Source of the DNA: a virus
Lineage: Duplodnaviria > Caudoviricetes
DNA length: 32,056 nucleotides
Strand: one strand, 5' to 3'
Virus record (IMG/VR): IMGVR_UViG_3300037506_000150
Coordinates: 1 to 32,056 of that record
Shown: positions 25,762 through 32,056 of the stretch, in pieces
Position numbering within the stretch: the stretch's first letter is position 1
How the letters are laid out: every line of letters begins with the position of its first letter
Position numbers and translations under genes: made by a program
The notes under the pieces: generated by a model
What the model was told of the DNA's origin: nothing
Seen by the model: only the letters and a program-made list of their open reading frames with translations
Databases searched by the model: none

Positions 25762-25810
25762 CTTTCGGTGTTGTGGCCACCGAAAGGGTTGAATACGTTT
25801 AACCCTTTTT
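25762..25810 (+). promoter_or_regulatory. Two overlapping hairpins just upstream of the capsid RBS
   Basis: CTTTCGGTG/CACCGAAAG (25762-25786) and AAAGGGTTGAA-TACG-TTTAACCCTTT (25783-25808). Confidence 0.5.
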
Positions 25811-25826
25811 GTGGAGGCGATACCGA

Positions 25827-27269
25827 ATGAACCTCAAGAATCTGGCTGAACTGGCCCAGAAGAACGGTGAGAACATCGTTGCTCTCACCAAGACTGTGAA
25901 TGGCGTTGTGGAGAAGCTCTCCAAGATGCCTGCTCCCGGCACGCCGAATCCCCATCAGGTTTTCGGTGCTCCGTGGGCTCGAAATGGTGAAGATCCTCTC
26001 AGCAGCAGAGGCTTCTCCTTCCTGAAGATGTTCGGAGTTCTCACAGGTACGCTCCCCCCGGAGCAGGCCAAGGTAGAACTTGACATTCACCAGAGGCTGC
26101 ACAACATCTATGTCAAGGACATGGGTGGTGGCAGTTCCTACCAGTATGCTGGTCTGGGTATGGTTGGCCAGCCCGGCGGCAAGTTCCTGGCTCCCCTGGC
26201 TACCAGTTTCATGCAGGAAGATGTGATCCCTCGCAACTTCCGCATCGAAATGAAGCAGCTGGTCCAGGCCGGCACCAACGCTGCTGATTTTGATGAGATC
26301 CGGCATATACGCCGCAAGTCGTTGGAGTATGCCAGAAAGGATCTGTCGTGGCTGAACGAGCAGACTGGTGGGGCACTGGTTGCTCCTCCCGAGCAGGGAG
26401 AACTGATCGAACTGCTGCGTAACAAGGAAGCACTGGTGAATGCTGGTGCTCGCACAGTTCCTCTCCCTCCGCAGGGCAGACTGAAGTATCCTCGTCAGAC
26501 TGCTGCCAGCAACACCTATTGGGTGGGCGAGAATGCTCCCATCGCCAGTTCGGATATCGGGACGGGCGAGGTTACGCTTCAGGCAAAGAAGCTGGCAGTC
26601 CTCATCAAGGCTCCCAACGAACTGATCCGTTTTGCCAGTCCAGCTGCTGAGGCCCTTCTGCGTGATGACATGACCAAGAGCCTTGCTCTCGGTCTGGACC
26701 TCGCTGGTCTGGAAGGCGCTGGTGGCGATACCCGTCCTAGAGGTGTTATCAACTTCCAGAACATCAATCTGGTTACTTCGTCCGCCACTGGTGCCAACGG
26801 CGACCGGATTGTTGGTAACGACATCTATCGTATGATCGCAGCGGTGGAAGAGTCGAACGCTGAGTTCGAAGCCTTTATCATGCGTCCCAAGACCCTCTAC
26901 AAATACTACCAACTTCGTGCTGATGCTGTAGCTCAGGGCGATGCTGCTGGTCCGTTCCTCTTCAATCTCATTCGTGAGGCAGGGGATGGGACGGATGCCA
27001 TGCTGGCTGGGTATCCTGTGATCAAGAGCACTCAGGTTAGTCAGGTTCGCAGCAAGGGCACTGCTAGCAACCTGACCTATGTTGTCGGTGGTATGTGGAG
27101 CGATCTTCTGATTGGCATGTTCGGTGCCATCGAATTCGCAGCTTCCACCATGGGTGATACTGCATTCGCGAACGATCAGACCTGGGTGCGCGGCATTCTG
27201 TCGGCCGACATTGCTGCTCGTCATGAGTCGGCGTTCGTCTGGATGGATACGGTGGATACTACACTGTAA
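25827..27269 (+). CDS. Major capsid protein, HK97 fold, with an N-terminal delta/scaffold-like region
   Basis: GGALVAP..ELIELLR, YPRQT..YWVGE, VTLQAKKL, LDLAGLEG.G..PRGV, LAGYPV..S, FANDQTWVR; GGAGG SD before ATG 25827. Confidence 0.95.
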   Translation: MNLKNLAELAQKNGENIVALTKTVNGVVEKLSKMPAPGTPNPHQVFGAPWARNGEDPLSSRGFSFLKMFGVLTGTLPPEQAKVELDIHQRLHNIYVKDMGGGSSYQYAGLGMVGQPGGKFLAPLATSFMQEDVIPRNFRIEMKQLVQAGTNAADFDEIRHIRRKSLEYARKDLSWLNEQTGGALVAPPEQGELIELLRNKEALVNAGARTVPLPPQGRLKYPRQTAASNTYWVGENAPIASSDIGTGEVTLQAKKLAVLIKAPNELIRFASPAAEALLRDDMTKSLALGLDLAGLEGAGGDTRPRGVINFQNINLVTSSATGANGDRIVGNDIYRMIAAVEESNAEFEAFIMRPKTLYKYYQLRADAVAQGDAAGPFLFNLIREAGDGTDAMLAGYPVIKSTQVSQVRSKGTASNLTYVVGGMWSDLLIGMFGAIEFAASTMGDTAFANDQTWVRGILSADIAARHESAFVWMDTVDTTL

Positions 27270-27302
27270 AGATGCACTTATGACATTTCATTAGATTTGG
27301 TG

Positions 27303-27338
27303 TCCTATGGCTAGTTGACCTACCAACTAGCCATAGGA
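27303..27338 (+). promoter_or_regulatory. Perfect 15-bp hairpin covering part of the SD of the downstream remnant ORF
   Basis: TCCTATGGCTAGTTG-ACCTAC-CAACTAGCCATAGGA; the 3' arm contains AGGA(GA), just upstream of ATG 27348. Confidence 0.7.
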
Positions 27339-27347
27339 GAACCAAAC

Positions 27348-27695
27348 ATGAGATGGACAGCAGAGAAGATCGAATTGATTCGATCTGGGTACGAAATTGA
27401 TGGTCCTGCTGTTCTAGCCGAGCAACTTGACAAGCAAAGATGTTTCTGTGCTAAGACTTGTGTTGAAAGAACAAAAATCAGTTAATGAAATCAGAAGACT
27501 CAAAGAAAGATTTGATCCTAGAACAGGCGGGGAAAATCAATCTGAAGATCTAAAAAGATGCGGTCTTTCGTCTATCCAGATGGGCATTCATTCTGTTTAG
27601 ATAGAAAGAAGAACAATCTGGATAAGTGGTTGGCTAAAGAAAGGTTCGGTCGCGGCCACTACTTTGGTAACAGAAAGACCGAACCTGTTCATTAG
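27348..27695 (+). pseudogene. Fragmented remnant of a DNA-binding/homing endonuclease-like gene
   Basis: Three short pieces: MRWTAEKIELIRSGY..LAEQL (HTH-like start), MKSEDSKKDLILE.., and MRSFVYPDGHSFCLDRK.. (27558-27695), which resembles the Y......L.RK end of LAGLIDADG enzymes. Confidence 0.45.
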
Positions 27696-27709
27696 GAGAA
27701 ATAGATCCA

Positions 27710-28231
27710 ATGAGTGCTAATCTTGTGGTCGATCTTCGCAACACCACCGACTACCGAGTCTCGACCTTCCAGGGGTCTGGTGCCAACCTTATTGTTGGCG
27801 AGGTCGTGGATCTGCTCCACGCCAATACCTACACGAATGTTTTCGTTGTGGGCGGCGCTGGTTCAGGTTCTGTTGAAGTTAGAATCCAGACCGCTGACGC
27901 AACTACGTCTGGCAGTTTCACTGATCCTACTTCGGGTCTGGTCCTTGGCCAGTTCCCGGTTGGGATCGTGAGCGGCGGTATTCTGGTTGCTAACTCGGGC
28001 ATCTGGTCCAGCGGAAACTACTCGGTAAGTTCTCCGGCGAGCGGTGTCCTGTTCCAGTCTGGCGGCGTGATCTTTGGTGCTTTCCAGAGACCGCATCGCT
28101 ATGCCCGACTGATTCAGGTCTCCAGTGTGTTCCCGGCTCCTGTGTTTGCTGGATTCATTGCTCAGAAGCGCACGACCGGATCTGGTGCTGGATTCAGCTT
28201 TTCGCCCGGAAGCGGCACCGTGAATGTTTAG
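27710..28231 (+). CDS. Capsid cement/decoration-like protein, Ser-Gly enriched
   Basis: Follows the MCP; GEVVDL, VRIQTAD...SFTD, RYARL jelly-roll cement-like pattern; capsid-like codon usage; 11 SG in 173 aa. Confidence 0.75.
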   Translation: MSANLVVDLRNTTDYRVSTFQGSGANLIVGEVVDLLHANTYTNVFVVGGAGSGSVEVRIQTADATTSGSFTDPTSGLVLGQFPVGIVSGGILVANSGIWSSGNYSVSSPASGVLFQSGGVIFGAFQRPHRYARLIQVSSVFPAPVFAGFIAQKRTTGSGAGFSFSPGSGTVNV

Positions 28232-28284
28232 CATTCCAGCGAAGGGACTTGCATAGAATATTCGTGAGTCCTCTCCTTTCCGTC

Positions 28285-28322
28285 CGTACCCTGGAGGGGC
28301 AACCTCTCCAGGGTATGTTTTT
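28285..28322 (+). terminator. Rho-independent terminator
   Basis: CGTACCCTGGAGGGG-CAA-CCTCTCCAGGGTATG followed by TTTTT. Confidence 0.85.
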
Positions 28323-28339
28323 GTTAGGAGGGAATAGCT

Positions 28340-29029
28340 ATCTTATTTTCAGACGTTAGAGAGATCAAAAAGATCCTCGAAATAGATCCAGATGACACTC
28401 AGGAAGACCTGAAACTTGGGTTCCTTAATGAGTGGGTATCTGCTTGGTTCGAGGAACTCATGAACCGTCCTGGGTTTACTTACAAAAACAGGACGGAATA
28501 TTACAAGGGGACTGGTACGCAGAAACTGCTCCTTCGCAGCAGGCCAGTATACCCCAGAGTTGGACAGTCCGATCAGATCGCTGTATATCTGGACGAGGCT
28601 GGATTTTATGGATCAGTTAGCGGAGCATTTACTCAATCTAACTCTCAATTGACTTATGGAACCGATTTCGCACTACAGATAGATCAGGAAGATGGATCTA
28701 GCAGGTCAGGAATTTTGATCAGAATCAACAACCTCTGGCCCAGACCACAGAACAGAATTGCTGGATTACTGTCCCCATTCATCGGAGAGGGACATGGGAC
28801 TATCAAAGTTGTGTATTCTGCTGGATACCATATAGATAATCTGCCAGCACAACTGAGAATGGCTGCTAACTTGATGGTCCAGAGACTTCGGTATATCATG
28901 CCGTTAGGAGTGGAACTGGCATCGGAAAGTTATGAGGAACGGGCTATTAGTGTAATTACCAGCCAGAAACAGAAGATACTGGCGCTGGCAGCTCCCATTA
29001 TAGCTCCATTTAGAAACTGGAAATGGTAG
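28340..29029 (+). CDS. Head-tail connector (HK97 gp6/SPP1 gp15-like), apparently with a non-AUG start
   Basis: The frame is open upstream of ATG 28460 and encodes ILFSDVREIKKILEIDPDDTQEDLKL..SAWFEELMNR, the typical connector N-terminus; also RTEYYKG, LRSRPV, IKVVYSAGY..LPAQL. Confidence 0.8.
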   Translation: MLFSDVREIKKILEIDPDDTQEDLKLGFLNEWVSAWFEELMNRPGFTYKNRTEYYKGTGTQKLLLRSRPVYPRVGQSDQIAVYLDEAGFYGSVSGAFTQSNSQLTYGTDFALQIDQEDGSSRSGILIRINNLWPRPQNRIAGLLSPFIGEGHGTIKVVYSAGYHIDNLPAQLRMAANLMVQRLRYIMPLGVELASESYEERAISVITSQKQKILALAAPIIAPFRNWKW

Positions 29030-29030
29030 C

Positions 29031-29243
29031 ATGAATAATGATTTCGTCATAGACGGGGATTCTCTTATTCCGAAACCAGAACAGGAAAGGTCGGTAGATG
29101 ATGGATCTGCTCTTTTCATAGGATCCCGTCTGCCCGGCAACTACAGTTTTCTGTGCGAAACAGAAGGATCCAGGGTAATATTTACCTTTAAAACTATGGA
29201 AGAAATGAAAGAATTTGTTACGGAGTGGATCGGATGCCGCTAA
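29031..29243 (+). CDS. Hypothetical protein
   Basis: Tightly packed between the neck genes. Confidence 0.55.
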   Translation: MNNDFVIDGDSLIPKPEQERSVDDGSALFIGSRLPGNYSFLCETEGSRVIFTFKTMEEMKEFVTEWIGCR

Positions 29244-29650
29244 ATCCAAGGAATACACGAGTATTCCACAGAACCCTGTTTTCACAGCAGATGAAAACCG
29301 TCTTCTTGCTAAAGAGAGGGGACGATCAAAATCAGGGTACGGTAACTCAGTATAAACTTTTCAATTGCAGAAGAGGCAAAATCTTCAAGACGGGAGAACC
29401 TCACCAGGGAGACATGGTTTCAGATCATATGTGTACCTGGCACATACCAAGAGTAGAACTAGACAGGGTTGGAGTTCGATACCTCAATGCTCTGGATCGG
29501 TTGGTAGAAATAACCGACGATTGGGGGAACAGGTTAGATCAATCAGAGTACAGGTACTGGCATCCAGAAGCCACTACAAATATAGACGTAAAATTATTCA
29601 TGAACCACATCGACCTCCAATGTCTTCGAGTAGATCCTCCTGCTGGGTAA
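29234..29650 (+). CDS. Putative head-closure/head-tail joining protein
   Basis: Position after the connector, size and beta-rich pattern; GGAG SD before ATG 29234. Confidence 0.55.
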   Translation: MPLNPRNTRVFHRTLFSQQMKTVFLLKRGDDQNQGTVTQYKLFNCRRGKIFKTGEPHQGDMVSDHMCTWHIPRVELDRVGVRYLNALDRLVEITDDWGNRLDQSEYRYWHPEATTNIDVKLFMNHIDLQCLRVDPPAG

Positions 29651-29657
29651 ATAGTAA

Positions 29658-30326
29658 ATGTCAAGAGACTTCTTTATTGCTGGGGAAACACTGGTGCTTG
29701 TCCGTGGAGGACAGCATCTATCTGGGCACATGAGCACTCCCAAGGAACTGGGGTTAACGGACAGGGACGGCATTGTAAAGATCAGTCCTATCTGGTATCA
29801 TTACGACAAGAGAATTGATGATTATGGTCCGAGTGTACCAGCAGAAGTAATTCAAAACATAGCAGAATGTCGGATCGAAATGACCCTGGTTCACTACGAT
29901 GCCAGACTTTTGTATATCTGCATGGCAGAATCTATGGGAGGATCCCCACTAAATTTACAAACCTCTATTCCTGTTGGGACTTTCGTTCCAGCAGGCCGAC
30001 CTTTGGGCGGGTACAAGCCCATAGGAGCCAGTGGAAATCATTATATAGTATTAACTCTAAGACATCAAGCACCCAAAGATCCGTTGTTGGTAGCCAATAG
30101 ATTTCTGGCAACCTATTTGATGGCTCCGCCATTGGAAATTCCATTTGGAACCAGGACAAGCCATGTAAAATTGCAGTGGAGAGCGATTCCTTATAACTTG
30201 CCCGGATTGATTCCATCGAGTTTTAGTGTGTCGGGGGTTTTGAACATAAATGATCTGCCATTTGTTTCTGGAAAAGAAATTCTTTCTTCTGGTGCAGTAT
30301 TGTGGGATCACATACTAGATCCGTAA
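29658..30326 (+). CDS. Tail tube-like protein, paralog 1
   Basis: Shares LGLTDRxGIVxISP, MTLVHYD, SMGG, GTRxSH, WRAIPY and WDHxLD with the next gene. Confidence 0.65.
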   Translation: MSRDFFIAGETLVLVRGGQHLSGHMSTPKELGLTDRDGIVKISPIWYHYDKRIDDYGPSVPAEVIQNIAECRIEMTLVHYDARLLYICMAESMGGSPLNLQTSIPVGTFVPAGRPLGGYKPIGASGNHYIVLTLRHQAPKDPLLVANRFLATYLMAPPLEIPFGTRTSHVKLQWRAIPYNLPGLIPSSFSVSGVLNINDLPFVSGKEILSSGAVLWDHILDP

Positions 30327-30352
30327 CCACTTGAAATAGGTGGAGATAAAAT

Positions 30353-30928
30353 ATGGCTAGGGACTATCAGATCAATGGAGAAGTTATGGTTTCCGTCAAG
30401 GGAATGGTGGGATCCAGCATTTCTTCTCTGTCTCAGCTGGGCCTTACAGATAGAGAAGGTATTGTCAGAATCTCCCCTAGGTTCATCCATGAGGACATTC
30501 CTGTTGATGCCTGGGGTGATGCTCCTCCAGAAATACAATTCTTTCTATCAGACGTTACCGTATCCATGACTCTGGTACATTACGATGAGGATGTGTTGGA
30601 TGAGGTTGTTCGGTTGTCCATGGGTGGTGGCGGATCTGCTGGAGTAGATGGAGTTTTTCCAAGGGCAGGAACAAGAATGGGAGGAGGAGTTGCCCGATTT
30701 GCTGCCGGCAACAAGTTCATAGGACTGAACCTGAGTTCTCCAGTTGGCGGCAAACCGTGGCGGTTTTATTTCACTTACCTGTCTGCCAATCCTTTTGTGC
30801 TGCCTCTTGGTACTAGAAGAAGCCACACACAACTAATGTGGCGAGCAATACCATACACCATAGATCCGTGGAATGCTGGCGCTGGTGCTAATGGAACCGT
30901 TATCTGGGATCACACTCTTGATACTTGA
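30353..30928 (+). CDS. Tail tube-like protein, paralog 2 (probable major tail protein)
   Basis: Immediately precedes the chaperone and tape measure; beta-rich; GGTGGAG SD. Confidence 0.7.
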   Translation: MARDYQINGEVMVSVKGMVGSSISSLSQLGLTDREGIVRISPRFIHEDIPVDAWGDAPPEIQFFLSDVTVSMTLVHYDEDVLDEVVRLSMGGGGSAGVDGVFPRAGTRMGGGVARFAAGNKFIGLNLSSPVGGKPWRFYFTYLSANPFVLPLGTRRSHTQLMWRAIPYTIDPWNAGAGANGTVIWDHTLDT

Positions 30929-30934
30929 TGACCT

Positions 30935-30962
30935 GTCAAGTTTTTCAGCAAAAAAACTTGAC
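30935..30962. repeat. Intergenic 11-bp hairpin
   Basis: GTCAAGTTTTT-CAGCAA-AAAAACTTGAC. Confidence 0.65.
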
Positions 30963-30979
30963 GACTGAGGAGGAGAGAA

Positions 30980-31516
30980 ATGTTCAACTGGCTGCTTGAA
31001 AAGATCATGTTTTGGAAGAAGAAGGAAGAAGGGACTAATGACAACTTGTACTATCCAAAGGAGAGACTGATCTACAAATATTACAACGGCCACAGGGTTG
31101 TGGAAGCAGATCCTCTGGTACTGTACAAGAAGCACCGACAGGTATGGCCTGATCTATGCACAGACATAAAGATCGCCACGTCTGCCATGCTTTCAGATAA
31201 AGAAACAATCCCGGCCCACAACAAGATTGTTGAACAAATCAGGTGGATTTTCGATCTTGTTCCAATAGAGTCTGGGGGACTGACAGAGCCAGAAGCAGAA
31301 GATCTATATGAACATTTCCTAGATTACTGTGATCGCATAAAAAAAAATTCGAGCCCGTCGCAGATTTCCTCGATGCCTTCGGAGGAGCAGACCGTTTCTT
31401 CTCCGGTCGTCCAACCTACCAACAATTCTTCGGACTCTGGCTCAATCGCAGGCGAGTCCGCTATCGGCGCGCAGGAACAGTTGCTCTCGGAATCGGTATC
31501 GCCACCGGCACAGTAA
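30980..31516 (+). CDS. Tail assembly chaperone (gpG-like, 0-frame product)
   Basis: Lies between tail tube and tape measure; ends ...RIKKN followed by a low-complexity Ser-rich tail. Confidence 0.8.
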   Translation: MFNWLLEKIMFWKKKEEGTNDNLYYPKERLIYKYYNGHRVVEADPLVLYKKHRQVWPDLCTDIKIATSAMLSDKETIPAHNKIVEQIRWIFDLVPIESGGLTEPEAEDLYEHFLDYCDRIKKNSSPSQISSMPSEEQTVSSPVVQPTNNSSDSGSIAGESAIGAQEQLLSESVSPPAQ

Positions 31517-31617
31517 ATCCTGGGGATGAGTATTTTGAAGCGCAGTCCGATGGCGACGTGGAAGCAAAGATGATGAAGGCTCGTTTCAACGCAGCCAGAG
31601 GATCTTACAATGGCTAG
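31339..31617 (+). CDS. -1 frameshift extension (gpGT-like) of the tail chaperone
   Basis: A9 run at 31339-31347; the -1 frame is open (FEPVADFLDAFGG...FFGLWLNRRRV...SYNG*) to TAG 31615-31617, overlapping the tape-measure ATG. Confidence 0.8.
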   Translation, partial: KKKFEPVADFLDAFGGADRFFSGRPTYQQFFGLWLNRRRVRYRRAGTVALGIGIATGTVNPGDEYFEAQSDGDVEAKMMKARFNAARGSYNG

Positions 31618-32056
31618 TTCAGGTATAGAAAAATGGATGCAAAGGAAACTGACGGATTTGCTACACAAAGAAATCAACAAATCGGTTGACAAGTCAATAG
31701 AATCAAGCATGGGAGGATTTCCACTGGAGTTTATAAGATCTGGTGGTCTCTTTGGATACTCCAAGAAAATGCTTGGAGCGCATATCTCTGGTGGGGCCAA
31801 GGTTATAGGATCTCTCGGACAAGAATCTCCTTTTGCTGCGGGGGCACAGGCGTTAGGTGGGGTAGGAGAAGCGGTTGGAAGTGTTCCTGTCCTAGGAAGA
31901 CCTCTTAAATTCCTAACAAAATTGGGAGAAACTGCACTTACAGCAGTAGATCGTCTTCGCACATGGAGTGAGAGTCTGCATGAAGGCAATATGAAGTTTG
32001 CAGAATTTTCTGGAACAATGGCAACGATCAATGCAGAGATGCAGATCCAAAGAACC
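31610..32056 (+). CDS. Tape measure protein, N-terminus (runs off the window)
   Basis: MASSGIEKWMQRKL...AAGAQALGGVGEAVG...; Gly/Ala-rich and helical; open to the window end; follows the G/GT chaperones. Not in the ORF track. Confidence 0.7.
   Translation, partial: MASSGIEKWMQRKLTDLLHKEINKSVDKSIESSMGGFPLEFIRSGGLFGYSKKMLGAHISGGAKVIGSLGQESPFAAGAQALGGVGEAVGSVPVLGRPLKFLTKLGETALTAVDRLRTWSESLHEGNMKFAEFSGTMATINAEMQIQRT

Noticed and set aside
25722-27224. 500-aa minus-strand ORF
   Set aside because: Antisense shadow of the major capsid gene, explained by its codon bias; no motifs.
31324-32031. 235-aa minus-strand ORF
   Set aside because: Antisense to the chaperone and tape measure; the + strand frames explain the region.
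1-32056. Stop-codon reassignment, tRNA or rRNA genes, integrase or transposase
   Set aside because: TAA, TAG and TGA all terminate well-supported genes; no cloverleaf, rRNA or recombinase motifs were recognised by eye.

Overview
This window is part of a tailed dsDNA phage (Caudoviricetes; siphovirus-like tail module). All credible genes are on the + strand. The host is possibly a planctomycete, a weak inference from a HEAT-like motif and a G8/beta-helix protein. Order: (1) virion accessory/adhesion genes: Cys-rich ORFs, a 668-aa Ser-Gly pentapeptide-repeat fibre, metallophosphoesterase + HTH, a CBM-PKD-G8-beta-helix protein and a LamG protein; (2) a sigma70-type promoter, an RHH regulator and a glycan-modification cluster (one GT2-like, two GT4, a triple SAM-methyltransferase, an Rmf-like ORF); (3) an SG-rich structural protein, then a ~1330-aa polyvalent protein (2H phosphoesterase ... 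four SH3-like repeats ... VIP2-type ADP-ribosyltransferase) with a downstream candidate immunity gene; (4) HK97-type prohead protease with a ~900-aa extension, major capsid protein, a decayed endonuclease remnant, a cement-like protein, head-tail genes, two paralogous tail-tube-like genes, a tail chaperone with a -1 frameshift site, and the start of the tape measure. Two candidate novel systems stand out. (a) Ser-Gly dipeptides are strongly concentrated in four putative surface/decoration proteins and absent from the capsid and main tail-tube proteins, next to phage-encoded glycosyl/methyltransferases, suggesting a Ser-Gly-directed virion O-glycan shield. (b) The polyvalent protein contains an internal copy of the predicted capsid maturation site/N-arm (KDLSxLxxxxGGALVxP), suggesting capsid packaging and release of effectors by the prohead protease. 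All functional calls come from reading motifs by eye; no searches were run.
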